Source: an uncultured Gammaproteobacteria bacterium (GTDB lineage Bacteria; Pseudomonadota; Gammaproteobacteria; UBA9214). Taken from it: DNA of 64,000 nucleotides. The notes below the pieces were generated by a model that did no database searches, had not been told where the DNA came from, and saw only the letters and a list, made by a program, of their open reading frames with translations. Location: NCBI GenBank assembly GCA_963748215.1, contig CAVVHS010000003.1, forward strand, positions 32,001 to 96,000, written 5' to 3'. Below, in pieces: positions 19,446 through 30,522 of this stretch. The translations under genes and the position numbers were made by a program. How positions within the stretch are numbered: the first letter of the stretch is position 1; every line of letters starts with the position of its first letter.

Positions 19446-21458
19446 ATGAAAAAGATGTTTGACATGAGAATGTTTGGCGCAAGCAGCAGGATGAAGGTGC
19501 TGACCATCCTGTTGCTGGGCGCAGTTTGGGCCATGGTCTGGACATTCGTGCAGGTCGGCAAGCAGGCGGAAAAGGACCAGATACGCCAGGCCGACGTCGG
19601 TGAGCAGCTGGTTTTGTCACAGCGACTGGCCAAGTATGCGCTGGCGGCAACCACGGGTGATACCGAGGCATTCGAGAGCATGTCGAGGTCCAAGCAGGAG
19701 TTTTCGGCAATCATAGAAAAACAGATCGCCGATTACGGCGGTAACCTTGGGGAGAGCGAAGCGCCCGAGAGTATTGCACTGACCGACCTGCATAACATCT
19801 GGAGCGGTTTCCGCTACAGTATCGATGCGGTGCTTGAAGGGCAGTTCCTGATCATGGCGATGGCAGAAGCCACCAACCTGATGAGCGAAGTCATGCCGCA
19901 GTTGATGGAACACACCCAGGATATCGCGGATACCCTGGTCAAGAGTAATGCGGGTGCGGAGCAGGTTCGCCTGGCAAGTCAGCAGGCCGTGCTCGGCCAG
20001 CGCATCGTGAACAGCCTTAACGGCGTTATGACGGGCAAGGGAACTGAATCATCGGCACTGCTGTTTGCATCGGATACCAAGGAGTTCGGCCGTGTGCTGG
20101 ACGGTTTCATGCGCGGAACGGGCGGGATTACCCAGCTCAAGGGCAATGCGCTGCAGGACAAGCTGCAGAAGATCGCGCTGCTGTTCAGTCGCATCAGCGA
20201 CAATGCCGGTTCTATTGTAGAGAACGCCGAGGAACTGGTTGCCATACAGAACGCTGCTGCTGATTTCACGAACCAGAGCGAGGCGCTGTTCAACAGCTCC
20301 TACAATCTGAAAGAAGTGCTGGAGTCATTGCAGGGTAATCGCCTGATCAACAATGAGCTGGCGTACTTCCTGGGCGCAGTCGCATTATGCATGCTCCTGT
20401 TCATGGGCTTCGAGATCCTGCGCACTCAACGTTCACGCAGTCATATGATCGAGGACGAGAATACCCACAACCAGCAGGCCATCATGCAGCTGCTTGACGA
20501 AATGGGCGACCTGGCATCCGGTGATCTGACCGTGCATACCACGGTGACCGAGGACTTTACCGGTGCCATTGCAGATTCTATCAATGTCACGATCGATTCA
20601 CTGCGTGGCCTGGTCAAAACGATCAATGTCACCTCCACGCAGCTTTCTTCATCGGTTTCGGAAACCGGAGAGATCGCCAACAAGCTGGCAGCCGCGAGCA
20701 AGCAGCAGTCGCAGGATATTACGGTGGCCAGCAAGTCCATCGCCGATATGTCGGTTTCCATGGAAACCGTATCGAATAACGCCAACGAATCCTCCAAGGT
20801 GGCGATGCGATCGGTCGAGATCGCCAAGAAGGGTGGCGATGCGGTAAAGCGGACCATGTCAGGTATGGATACGATTCGCGAGCACATCCAGGAAACGTCA
20901 AAACGAATCAAGCGTCTCGGTGAAAGTTCACAGGAGATCGGTGATATCGTGGAGCTCATTAATGACATCGCCGAACAGACCAATATTCTCGCCCTGAATG
21001 CCTCTATCCAGGCAGCAATGGCCGGCGAGGCCGGGCGCGGATTTGCGGTGGTTGCGGACGAGGTGCAGCGGCTTGCGGAACGCTCCGCGAATGCAACCAA
21101 GCAGATCGAGGCACTCGTAAAAACCATTCAGGCTGACACCAACGAGGCGGTTATCTCCATGGAGAAGAGTACCTCCGGTGTGGTTAACGGTGCGCAGATC
21201 GCCGAAGATGCCGGTGGCGCTCTTGAAGAAATCGAGAGTGTGTCCGACCAGCTGGCGGGTCTCATTAAGGAAATGTCGGGAGAGTCACGTCAGCAGGCGA
21301 ATGTCGCTGCCCAGCTGTCGACCACGATGAATGGTATTCAGGAACTGACGACACAGGCAACCGCAGGCGCCGAACAGACCTCGCGCTCTATCGGCAACCT
21401 TGCGCGTCTTGCCCAGGATCTGGACAAGTCGGTGGCCGGATTCAAGCTGCCGCAGTAG
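19446..21458 (+). CDS. pilJ: Methyl-accepting chemotaxis protein
   Basis: Two TM segments; QTNILALNASIQA..AGEAGRGFAVVADEVQRLAERS. Confidence 0.95.
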   Translation: MKKMFDMRMFGASSRMKVLTILLLGAVWAMVWTFVQVGKQAEKDQIRQADVGEQLVLSQRLAKYALAATTGDTEAFESMSRSKQEFSAIIEKQIADYGGNLGESEAPESIALTDLHNIWSGFRYSIDAVLEGQFLIMAMAEATNLMSEVMPQLMEHTQDIADTLVKSNAGAEQVRLASQQAVLGQRIVNSLNGVMTGKGTESSALLFASDTKEFGRVLDGFMRGTGGITQLKGNALQDKLQKIALLFSRISDNAGSIVENAEELVAIQNAAADFTNQSEALFNSSYNLKEVLESLQGNRLINNELAYFLGAVALCMLLFMGFEILRTQRSRSHMIEDENTHNQQAIMQLLDEMGDLASGDLTVHTTVTEDFTGAIADSINVTIDSLRGLVKTINVTSTQLSSSVSETGEIANKLAAASKQQSQDITVASKSIADMSVSMETVSNNANESSKVAMRSVEIAKKGGDAVKRTMSGMDTIREHIQETSKRIKRLGESSQEIGDIVELINDIAEQTNILALNASIQAAMAGEAGRGFAVVADEVQRLAERSANATKQIEALVKTIQADTNEAVISMEKSTSGVVNGAQIAEDAGGALEEIESVSDQLAGLIKEMSGESRQQANVAAQLSTTMNGIQELTTQATAGAEQTSRSIGNLARLAQDLDKSVAGFKLPQ

Positions 21459-21558
21459 TGCGGTCGGATACAGGTACTGGATAAATCACGGTATCCGTAA
21501 CGATGCAGCTGGAATGCAGCAGTCGGCGGGTATTGATTGTGGCTTGCAAGGAACAATT

Positions 21559-24500
21559 ATGCGTGAAGCAATAGACTACAACGCTCTGAGCTGGATACGC
21601 CAGGAGGTGGGGATAACCCTCAAGCAGTCGCGCCTGGAACTCGAGGAATATGCCGAGGGTGAACAGCGCAAGGAGCTGCTGCAGGGCTGTGCGGCGCACC
21701 TGCACGAAGCACGTGGTCCACTGCAGATGGTCAACATCAAGGGCGCGGATATGCTGGCCTGCGAAATGGAGGAGGCTATTGCCGACCTGTTGCTGGAAAC
21801 GGTGGTCGACAAGGAGACGCTGCTCGAACAACTGATGCAGGGATTCCTGGAGCTGCCAGAGTACCTATCCAATTTGCGTTCCGGCAGGAAGGATAACCCG
21901 AGACAGCTGTTCCCGCTGATCAACAGCCTGCGTGCCAGCCGTGGCCTGCAGCCACTGAATGAAGACGCGGTATTTGCCCCCGACCTTTCAGCCTCCATGC
22001 CGGCACCGGAATTCAGCGAGCGTGCAAAGCGCGGTCAGCGTGACATGACAACGCTGGCCCGTGCGGCGCGTGTCCGTTTTCAGAGCGGCCTGCTGGAATG
22101 GTACCGGGACAGCGGCACGAACCATGGGTTGCAAACGCTGGTTGATGTTCTGGAGCATTTGCAAGGAACAGCCGGTAGCGAGCACGCCGCCCGTATATGG
22201 TGGGTGGGTGCCGGCGTTGCCGAACTACTGCGTGATGGCGCTATAGAAACAAACCCGACCGTAAAACGGCTGTTTGGTCAGCTTGACAGACAGATCAAGC
22301 GTCTGATGGATTCCGGTGAGGCAGTATTTGACGACGTCCTCAGCGAGGATCTGCTCAAGAACCTGCTGTTTCAACTGACTGGATTCGATACCGATTCCCC
22401 GCGGATCACGTCAATCCGGTCTACCTATGGAATTACCGCGCACAATACTGTCACCACTGATGCCACTGCAGATGCAAATGACCTCGGCGATGAATTGCTG
22501 CAGACAGTATCCCTGACCGCGCGTGACGAAGTGGAACGTATCAAGGATCTGCTCGATAGCATGAACCGAAAATCAGAGGGTGGCATGGCCGCGCTCGTGA
22601 CGGTCGCCGATGGACTGCATTCGCTGGGCAATACCCTCGGCATGATTGGAATGGAAAAACTGGGTGCACGACTTGCGGAGAAAGAGGTGCAGTTGCGTGA
22701 ACTTGCCGCTGCAGATGCCGGTCACGGCGACATGGAGTTCAATGAACTCGCCAACACGCTGGTTGCCGTCGAGGATGCCCTCAGTGACATTGCCGCGCAT
22801 TCGGGCAACGGTGATGTCAATGCAGACCACGGCAATGCTGTCCTCAGGCAGGGCCAGCAGGCTGTAGTCAATGCAGTCATCGCGGATATTGCCGCTGCCA
22901 AGGAAGCCATTAACGACTTCCTGAACTCCTCGGACGATTTCGGATTGCTGGACCCGGTGCCTGTACTGCTGAACAAGATATGCGGCGGTCTCGAGCTGGT
23001 AGACGAGGAGCGTCTCGCGGTCGCCTCACGCCAGGTCAGGAATTTCATTGCCATGGAATTGCTGAAAAACCATCGCCAGCTGAACGAAGACGAGCTCGAC
23101 AGCCTGGCTGATGCAATTTGCAGTATAGAGTACTGTGTGGAAGAACTGGGCGAGAACCACAGGTACGGTGAGCGTGCAATCGGTGTGGCCGTCGCAAGCC
23201 TCGAAAAACTGGGTTATGCCGACGCGGGTCTGCACGTTTCCGGACTGAATGCTGCGCCTGTCGCGGAGCCGGCCAGCGGTGAATTGGCTGCGACTGTCCC
23301 TCAGGCAGCCGTGGAGCCGGAACATCATGCGGAACCGGTCATTGCAGAAGTGCAGCTGCCAGAGCTGCCATCGGGCCAGACCCTGGCAGGTGAAATACAC
23401 GAAACCGGGGAATCGCAAATGGCTGTGCCGCGTGTTGCGGCCGAGCCCGAGCAGGCCAGTACCGGGCCGACAGCGATGGACAGCGAGGCTGTTGCGGAAC
23501 CGGTCGCGGCAGAAGTGCAGCAGGTCGCGACGCCATCGGACCAGGCCGCGGTTGATGAAACACCCGCTAAAGCGGAACTGCAGGTCATCTCACCGGATGC
23601 GGATAGCGAGATTGTCGAGATCTTTATAGAAGAGGCGGGTGAAGTGCTGGACGGGCTCGCCGTCGATATACCCGCCTGGATCGCGGACCCGGATGACCGG
23701 GAGGTGCTGGCCGAAATCCGCCGTGCCTTCCATACCATCAAGGGCAGTGGCCGGATGGTGGGTGCCATGGCGGCAGGTGAATTGGCCTGGGCATTCGAAA
23801 ATCTGGTCAACAGGGTAATCGAGAATACAGTGCCGGCCTGTCCCGCGGTGCTTGAACTGGTTGGTCAGGCGATGCCGGCACTGAGGGATCTGGTGGCGCA
23901 GGTCAGCAACCCGGATACCATCCTGTTAACCGACGTCAGCGTCCTTGGTAGCCGGGCAGTGCACCTCAGCAAGCCTGGCGCACACTACGACGAGCCTGGA
24001 CACCTGGCCGAGGCAGTTGTGGATCAGCGTGTGCATGATGCTGATACCGGCACTCCGGACGCGGCGATTATGTCTGTGCAGGGCCATGCCGGCGACGGGG
24101 TATCTGTTGATCTGGCAGGGATGATTGCAGAACCGGAAAGCCCGGATGCTGCTGCGCAGGAACAGGAGCCTGCTGCGATATCAGTTATTGAACTGACAGA
24201 TGTCGATGACGCAGTCCGCCTGGCGGGTGAAGAAACACTGCTTGATGAAGAGGAAATGCACGAGGCTGTCGGGCCGGTTGTACATGATGTTTCCGTGCAT
24301 GCGGGTGAAGACGCAGCTACTGCTGGCAGTCACGCAGATCTGCCTGTACTAAAGCAGGACGCAGACCCGGAAATAGTCGAGATATTCCTCGAAGAAGCAA
24401 GCGGGGTACTTGCGTCGATTTCACTGAATATCCCGGAATGGATTCAGCAACCGGAAAATACCGAGCTGCTGGAGGAAATCCGGCGCAGTCTGCATACCCT

Positions 24501-27500
24501 CAAGGGTAGTGGCCGCATGGCAGGCGCAATGCTTATGGGTGAATTTGCCTGGTCGATCGAGGCGTTGCTCAACAAGCTTGTCGAAGGTACCGTCAGATCC
24601 GGTGGTTCGCTGTTTGCCCTGCTTTCACAGGTGCCGCAGGCGGCATCCGGCCTGTTGCGCCAGTTGCAGGACGGCGGCGAGCCGGATATGGATATCGTCG
24701 GCATGATGCAGAAGGCCGCCGACCTGGCGAGTGCGAGTCCAGCCGCATTCAGTGACCATGCTGCGGAAGTCGAGCGCGATGCAGAGGTCATGGCTGATGA
24801 TGAAATGTCGACGTCCGAGGACGATGACGTCGTGTTGATGGAGCTGTTTTCCACCGAGTGCGGCGAGCATCTTGACACGCTTGCAGCAAGCAACCCCAAT
24901 ACAGGCGAGCCCGGCATGGTTTCCGATGCACTCTATCGGGCATTGCATACCCTGACTGGTATCAGCGAGTCCGCCGATGTCCCTGGCATTGGTCGACTTG
25001 CGGCGGCGCTTTACGATTATTTCGGTGAGCTTTACCAGGAAGGCAGGCCGGCCGCGCCGGAAGCCTTTGCCCTGCTGAATGACTGTGTGCGCGAGATGTC
25101 CTCGCAGCTGCAGCGTCTTCCGGATCGAAATTATGATGAGGACATGGTGCTTGAGCTGCGTGGACTAATTGCCGCACTGCCTGCTGCCATCGTGGATGTG
25201 CAAGAGGATGTGCCCCGGACTGCGGAAGAGAGTGCTGCCCCGGAAGCCATAACTGACGATGGCGAAGCCACCTTCGACGAGATACCCGAACTCCCTGCAG
25301 CCGCCATGCCTGCGTATGATGTACAGGCAGCCGGATCTCCCGGGACCGAGGGGCAGGATGTCATCGAACAGGGTCAAGCCAATCAGTCCGTGAATGAGGA
25401 ATTTGCCGGCCCTTCGACACCCGAATCCGGGGTCGATGCACCCGTCCAGGGCGAAGGGGATGTCTATTCCGGCATGGATCAGGAAATGTACGAGATCTTT
25501 GTCGAGGAAGCCACGGAGATTATCGACAACAGCGAGACCTCGTTGCGTAACTGGTCAGAGTCGCCGGATGACCGTGAGCTGATGGCGGAATTCCAGCGCC
25601 TGTTGCACACCCTGAAGGGTGGTGCCCGGATGGTTGATGTGCAGGCCATCGGTGACCTGAGTCATGCACTCGAGTCATTGCTGACCCAGGTGGTAGACGG
25701 CGCGGTGGCCGCAAACGATGACCTGTTTTCCCTGTTGCAGGAATCACATGACCGGCTTGCTGAAATGCTGGAGAAGGTCAAGTCGCGCGCAGTAATTGAA
25801 GCCGCGACCGATCTTGAAGCTCGACTTGCCGGGTTCAGGCGTGGTGAGACCGGTGCGGCTGCAACGGAGGATCATTCTCCGGAGCAGGTGGCCGATGCGG
25901 TCCCGGCAGGTGCTGACACGGAATATTCGACGCCGGAAGCTGCCGACAATTCCCGGCATACTGCAGAACACGGCGAGGATGATGAAAACGAGCCGGCAGT
26001 TACGGATATCATGCCGCATTCCGGATTTGATGCCGTGGCGAGTGATACCGGCCTGATGGTGCAGGCCCTGGCCGCGCATCCGCAGACAGTAGAACGGCGC
26101 AAGGAAGGACGTTCACGCAGCGAACTGGTCAGGGTGCAGTCCGATGTGCTTGACAACCTGGTCAACAATGCCGGCGAAATCAATATCTATCGCTCACGCA
26201 TGGAACAGCAGATCAGCAATTTCAGCTTCAACCTGACCGAGTTCGACCAGACGATCAGCCGACTGCGTGACCAGCTGCGCCAGCTTGAAATGGAAACCGA
26301 GGCGCAAATCCTGTTCCGTTATGAACTGGAAGCGGAGAGCCGTAACCAGGATTTCGATCCCCTGGAAATGGATCGCTATTCAAAGCTTCAGCAACTGTCG
26401 CGCTCCCTGATCGAGAGTATCAGTGATCTGCGCAGCCTGCATGACCTCATGGACGTCACGACCCGTGAATCGGAGACACTGTTACTGCAGCAGTCGCGCG
26501 TCAGCACGGACCTGCAGGAGGGGTTGATTCGTACGCGCATGATTCCGTTTGCGGGACTGGCGCCGCGTCTGCGCAGGATCGTACGTCAGTCTGCCCGCCA
26601 GCTGGACAAGAAGGTCGACTTGCATCTGCGTGGAGCGGAAGGCGAGATGGACAGGGCAGTTATAGAGAGAATCGTGGCGCCGCTGGAGCATATGCTGCGG
26701 AATGCCGTGGCGCACGGCATCGAGACGCCGGAGCAGCGGAAGAATGCAGGAAAACGTGTTGCCGGAACCATCACGATCGATTTCAATCGTGAAGGGACCG
26801 AGATCGTACTGCGCATCAGCGATGATGGTGCCGGCCTCGATATAGATGCTATCCGTACCCGTGCGATAGAGCGTGGCCTCATGAGCGTGGACATGGATCT
26901 GCCTGATTCCGATGTCATGCAGTTCGTGCTGCAGACCGGCTTCAGTACGGCCAGTGAAGTGACGCAGATCTCCGGCCGCGGGGTCGGGATGGACGTGGTG
27001 AACAGCGAGGTCAAGCAGCTGGGCGGTTCACTGCATATCGATTCGCAAAGCGGCGAGGGCTCGGTATTTACCATACGCTTGCCTTATACCCTGGCCATCA
27101 ACCAGGCGCTGCTGATCACGATTGGCGAGCAGGTCTTCTGCGTACCCATGGGCAGCATCGAGGGTGTCGTTACGGCAAGTACCGAACAACTGCAGTCATG
27201 CTACGAAGACTCCACCCAGGAGTTCGGTTACGCCGGACATAACTACCAGTTGATGCACCTGGGGTCCCTGCTTGGCATTAGTCGCATGGATCTGGAGAAT
27301 GCCGGCACCCAGATTCCGGTGCTACTGGTACGCACCGGTGAAAAGCGGATCGGTATGCAGATCGACTCATTGCTGGGTAGCCGTGAGGTTGTCATCAAAC
27401 CGCTGGGCGCACAGTTGAGCCTGGTCGATGGTGTCTCAGGTGCAACAATTCTCGGTGATGGCCGCGTTGTCATGATACTCGATATGTTTGCAATATCGCG

Positions 27501-27942
27501 CATGAAAGTACGAGATCAGTCGCAGATGCGACCGGTCGGTTCGCTGGAAGACGGTCGTCTGCTGGTGATGGTCGTCGATGATTCGATCACCGTCCGCAAG
27601 GTGACAACCCGACTCCTGGAGCGGAGTGGATACAGGGTCATGACTGCGAAGGACGGCGTCGATGCAATGGGGCAGTTGCAGGAAGTCGTGCCGGATATGA
27701 TGCTGCTCGATATCGAAATGCCGCGCATGGACGGTTTCGAGCTGGCGACCCATATGCGCAATGACGAGCGACTGAAGCATGTGCCGATTATCATGATCAC
27801 ATCGCGCACTGGCGACAAGCATCGCGAGCGGGCTTTTGAGATCGGTGTAAACGAATACCTCGGCAAGCCTTATCAGGAATCCGAATTACTTACGTCAATC
27901 AACAACATTATCGGCGTCAATACGGTCGCGGTGCGGGCGTAG
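21559..27942 (+). CDS. chpA: CheA-like multi-Hpt hybrid kinase
   Basis: Several Hpt motifs (HTIKG, HTLKG twice, HTLTG), HMLRNAVAHG, SGRGVGMDVV, CheW-like domain, C-terminal receiver. Confidence 0.95.
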   Translation: MREAIDYNALSWIRQEVGITLKQSRLELEEYAEGEQRKELLQGCAAHLHEARGPLQMVNIKGADMLACEMEEAIADLLLETVVDKETLLEQLMQGFLELPEYLSNLRSGRKDNPRQLFPLINSLRASRGLQPLNEDAVFAPDLSASMPAPEFSERAKRGQRDMTTLARAARVRFQSGLLEWYRDSGTNHGLQTLVDVLEHLQGTAGSEHAARIWWVGAGVAELLRDGAIETNPTVKRLFGQLDRQIKRLMDSGEAVFDDVLSEDLLKNLLFQLTGFDTDSPRITSIRSTYGITAHNTVTTDATADANDLGDELLQTVSLTARDEVERIKDLLDSMNRKSEGGMAALVTVADGLHSLGNTLGMIGMEKLGARLAEKEVQLRELAAADAGHGDMEFNELANTLVAVEDALSDIAAHSGNGDVNADHGNAVLRQGQQAVVNAVIADIAAAKEAINDFLNSSDDFGLLDPVPVLLNKICGGLELVDEERLAVASRQVRNFIAMELLKNHRQLNEDELDSLADAICSIEYCVEELGENHRYGERAIGVAVASLEKLGYADAGLHVSGLNAAPVAEPASGELAATVPQAAVEPEHHAEPVIAEVQLPELPSGQTLAGEIHETGESQMAVPRVAAEPEQASTGPTAMDSEAVAEPVAAEVQQVATPSDQAAVDETPAKAELQVISPDADSEIVEIFIEEAGEVLDGLAVDIPAWIADPDDREVLAEIRRAFHTIKGSGRMVGAMAAGELAWAFENLVNRVIENTVPACPAVLELVGQAMPALRDLVAQVSNPDTILLTDVSVLGSRAVHLSKPGAHYDEPGHLAEAVVDQRVHDADTGTPDAAIMSVQGHAGDGVSVDLAGMIAEPESPDAAAQEQEPAAISVIELTDVDDAVRLAGEETLLDEEEMHEAVGPVVHDVSVHAGEDAATAGSHADLPVLKQDADPEIVEIFLEEASGVLASISLNIPEWIQQPENTELLEEIRRSLHTLKGSGRMAGAMLMGEFAWSIEALLNKLVEGTVRSGGSLFALLSQVPQAASGLLRQLQDGGEPDMDIVGMMQKAADLASASPAAFSDHAAEVERDAEVMADDEMSTSEDDDVVLMELFSTECGEHLDTLAASNPNTGEPGMVSDALYRALHTLTGISESADVPGIGRLAAALYDYFGELYQEGRPAAPEAFALLNDCVREMSSQLQRLPDRNYDEDMVLELRGLIAALPAAIVDVQEDVPRTAEESAAPEAITDDGEATFDEIPELPAAAMPAYDVQAAGSPGTEGQDVIEQGQANQSVNEEFAGPSTPESGVDAPVQGEGDVYSGMDQEMYEIFVEEATEIIDNSETSLRNWSESPDDRELMAEFQRLLHTLKGGARMVDVQAIGDLSHALESLLTQVVDGAVAANDDLFSLLQESHDRLAEMLEKVKSRAVIEAATDLEARLAGFRRGETGAAATEDHSPEQVADAVPAGADTEYSTPEAADNSRHTAEHGEDDENEPAVTDIMPHSGFDAVASDTGLMVQALAAHPQTVERRKEGRSRSELVRVQSDVLDNLVNNAGEINIYRSRMEQQISNFSFNLTEFDQTISRLRDQLRQLEMETEAQILFRYELEAESRNQDFDPLEMDRYSKLQQLSRSLIESISDLRSLHDLMDVTTRESETLLLQQSRVSTDLQEGLIRTRMIPFAGLAPRLRRIVRQSARQLDKKVDLHLRGAEGEMDRAVIERIVAPLEHMLRNAVAHGIETPEQRKNAGKRVAGTITIDFNREGTEIVLRISDDGAGLDIDAIRTRAIERGLMSVDMDLPDSDVMQFVLQTGFSTASEVTQISGRGVGMDVVNSEVKQLGGSLHIDSQSGEGSVFTIRLPYTLAINQALLITIGEQVFCVPMGSIEGVVTASTEQLQSCYEDSTQEFGYAGHNYQLMHLGSLLGISRMDLENAGTQIPVLLVRTGEKRIGMQIDSLLGSREVVIKPLGAQLSLVDGVSGATILGDGRVVMILDMFAISRMKVRDQSQMRPVGSLEDGRLLVMVVDDSITVRKVTTRLLERSGYRVMTAKDGVDAMGQLQEVVPDMMLLDIEMPRMDGFELATHMRNDERLKHVPIIMITSRTGDKHRERAFEIGVNEYLGKPYQESELLTSINNIIGVNTVAVRA

Positions 27943-27969
27943 CAGCGTCACAGACAGCAGGAATTATCG

Positions 27970-28434
27970 ATGGAAGGATCACAGGACAAGATACGCAGCC
28001 TCTGGGTCCCGTTGCGGAAGCTGAATCTGTTGTTGCCGAATGTGGCAGTCGCTGAAATCGGCAGCTATCGAACCCCCAAAGCGACACCGGATATGCCCGA
28101 ATGGTACCTGGGTACTGTCCGGTGGCAGGATCAGGACATCCCGGTGATGTCCCTGGAGTCTCTGGTCGGTATCAATGTGCCATCAAATCCCGTGTTTTCC
28201 AGGTTGATGATACTGAACTCGGTGCATCCGGACAGCGCGGTGCGGAATTATGCAATTATCACTGCTGGTCTGCCTGGACTGATACATTTCGCGAATGACA
28301 CCGCCAGTGAATTTCATCCACTCGATGAGCCGGGGCTGAGATGCATTGTGCGTATAGGCAACGAAGAAGCGGTAATACCCGACCTGGAATACCTGCAATC
28401 GCTGCTCGAGGAGCAGGTCGCCAGGGCCGCCTGA
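27970..28434 (+). CDS. chpC: CheW-like protein
   Basis: LLLPNVAVAEI, WYLGTVRW, IPDLEYL; follows chpA. Confidence 0.85.
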   Translation: MEGSQDKIRSLWVPLRKLNLLLPNVAVAEIGSYRTPKATPDMPEWYLGTVRWQDQDIPVMSLESLVGINVPSNPVFSRLMILNSVHPDSAVRNYAIITAGLPGLIHFANDTASEFHPLDEPGLRCIVRIGNEEAVIPDLEYLQSLLEEQVARAA

Positions 28435-29169
28435 TTATCTGAAGTCTCCCCATAGCGTCTGCAGTCCTGCGATGGCGGACAGTGCCGCTGTTTCGGTGCG
28501 CAGGATGCGCGGTCCAAGCCTTATTCCCGTGAAACCAAGCGAACCGGCGAGCGACTGCTCGTCCGGGTTCAATCCACCCTCGGGGCCGGCGAGCAATATG
28601 ATCCCGCCTGCTGGCCTGGTTAGCGAATGCAGTGTTTCACTGCCGTCAGGCTGCAGCAGCAGTTTCAGGGGGGCAGGTGACAGGGTTTCGAGCCATTCCG
28701 GCAGGCCCGACGGCTGCAGCAATTGCGGCAGGGTATTGCGTCCGCACTGTTCGCATGCGCCGATGATTACACCCTGCCAGTGTTGCAGGCGTTTCTCCAG
28801 GCGCTCGCCCTTCAGATGAGTCTGGCTCCGCTGCAGCCAGAGCGGCTGTATGGTGCGAACGCCTAACTCGACGGCTTTCTGCAATATCAGATCCATGCGG
28901 TCATGGCGTGCGATGCCCTGTGCGAGGATGATATGCAACGCGGACTCGCGGTCACCCGGAATGTCTGCGCCGATTTGCAGCGTAATTCTCCCGCGACCGA
29001 TATCTGCGAGAACAGCGTGATGTTCGTTTCCCGCTCCATCGAATACCCGGATTGCTGCTCCCCTGCGCATGCGCAGGACATGTGTAACATGATGCGCCGG
29101 CTGACCCTCGACGGTGATATTGCCGCCTGCTGTCAGCTGCTGAAGAACGAGCAGACGCGGAACGCTCAT
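28435..29169 (-). CDS. rsmE: 16S rRNA m3U1498 methyltransferase
   Basis: HVLRMR, QKAVELGV, ACEQCGR, GPEGG, LGPRILRTETA. Confidence 0.96.
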   Translation of the reverse strand: MSVPRLLVLQQLTAGGNITVEGQPAHHVTHVLRMRRGAAIRVFDGAGNEHHAVLADIGRGRITLQIGADIPGDRESALHIILAQGIARHDRMDLILQKAVELGVRTIQPLWLQRSQTHLKGERLEKRLQHWQGVIIGACEQCGRNTLPQLLQPSGLPEWLETLSPAPLKLLLQPDGSETLHSLTRPAGGIILLAGPEGGLNPDEQSLAGSLGFTGIRLGPRILRTETAALSAIAGLQTLWGDFR

Positions 29170-29172
29170 GAT

Positions 29173-30522
29173 TCAGTCCCGGGTTGCATGTTCGATGCCG
29201 GAAAGTGCAACCTCGGCCATCAGGCCGATTTCCTCGGGCGTGATGACGTACGGCGGCATGAAATAGATGACATCGCCCAGCGGTCGGAGCAACACCCCGC
29301 GTTGCAAGGCGTGCTGGTAAACCCGCAGGCCGCGACGTTCCTGCCATGGGTACGGGCTGCGGCTGATCCTGTCCCTGACCATTTCGACGGCCAGGATCAT
29401 GCCGGTTTGCCGGACTTCGCCGATATGCGGATGGTCTTGCAGCGGGAGCGCGGCGGCATGCATGGCTTCTGCAAGCCGCCGGTTGTTTTCGATTACGTCG
29501 CCCGACTCGAACAGTTCGAGTGTCGCCAGTGCGGCGCGGCAGCCCAGCGGGTTACCGGTATAGCTGTGGGAATGCAGAAATGCAGACAGCTTGTCGTAGA
29601 CGTCATAGAAACAGTCATAAACGCTGTTGTTCGTCAAAACGACCGAGAGCGGCAGGTAGCCGCCCGTGAGTCCCTTTGACAGACACAGGAAATCCGGTGT
29701 TACGTTTGCCTGCTCACAGGCGAACAGGGTGCCGGTACGGCCGAAGCCGACGGCGATTTCATCGGCAATGAGGTGCACGTTGAACCGGTTACAGGCATCG
29801 CGCAACAGCTCCAGGTATACCGGGTCGTACATGCGCATACTGCCTGCACACTGCACAAGCGGTTCGATAATTACTGCGCAGACCTCATCCGCGTGCCGCT
29901 CGAGTGCGGATTCCATCTTGCCGAACTGCCGCATGCTGTAGTCATGCCAGCTTTCCCCGTCGGCCCGGTGATAACAGTCCGGTGATTCGACGCTGATGGT
30001 CTCCATCAGCAGTGGTGCGTAGGTGTTCCTGTACAGCTTGACATTGCCGACCGCAAGCGCGCCCAGGGTTTCGCCGTGATAGCTGTTTTGGAGCGTGATG
30101 AATTTCGTCTTGTTCACCTTGCCCTGATTACGCCAGGCGTGAAAGCTCATCTTGAGTGCAACCTCGATGGCCGAGGAGCCGTTATCGGCATAGAAGCAGC
30201 GCTCCAGCCCCGGTGGCGTGATCGCCACCAGCTTTTCCGATAATTCGATTACCGCTTCGTGAGTGAAGCCGGCAAGCAGCACGTGTTCCAGTGTGTCGAG
30301 CTGCTCGCGCAGCGCAGCGTTGATATGCGGGTTGCTGTGACCGAACAGGTTTACCCACCACGAGCTGATGGCATCGAGATAACGGTTGCCGTCGTAGTCC
30401 TCCAGCCAGACACCCTTGCCGGAGCGGATCGGGATGACCGGCAGCCACTCGTGGTCCTTCATCTGCGTGCAGGGATGCCACAGTACAGAAAGATCGCGAC
30501 GGGACAGTTCGGCGTTGGACAT
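29173..30522 (-). CDS. bioA: Adenosylmethionine-8-amino-7-oxononanoate aminotransferase
   Basis: WHPCTQM, DAISSWWVN, DEIAVGFGRTG, SKGLTGGYLP. Confidence 0.95.
   Translation of the reverse strand: MSNAELSRRDLSVLWHPCTQMKDHEWLPVIPIRSGKGVWLEDYDGNRYLDAISSWWVNLFGHSNPHINAALREQLDTLEHVLLAGFTHEAVIELSEKLVAITPPGLERCFYADNGSSAIEVALKMSFHAWRNQGKVNKTKFITLQNSYHGETLGALAVGNVKLYRNTYAPLLMETISVESPDCYHRADGESWHDYSMRQFGKMESALERHADEVCAVIIEPLVQCAGSMRMYDPVYLELLRDACNRFNVHLIADEIAVGFGRTGTLFACEQANVTPDFLCLSKGLTGGYLPLSVVLTNNSVYDCFYDVYDKLSAFLHSHSYTGNPLGCRAALATLELFESGDVIENNRRLAEAMHAAALPLQDHPHIGEVRQTGMILAVEMVRDRISRSPYPWQERRGLRVYQHALQRGVLLRPLGDVIYFMPPYVITPEEIGLMAEVALSGIEHATRD

Noticed and set aside
27424-27450. ApbE flavinylation motif DGVSGAT in ChpA, near apbE
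   Set aside because: This is the conserved SGATILGDG of the CheA P5 domain and is cytoplasmic, whereas ApbE acts outside the cytoplasm.
14739-28434. Horizontally acquired island suggested by more A/T-ending codons
   Set aside because: The gshB-pilG synteny is ancestral and there is no integrase, tRNA or flanking repeat. I cannot compute composition, and weak codon bias is a sufficient explanation.
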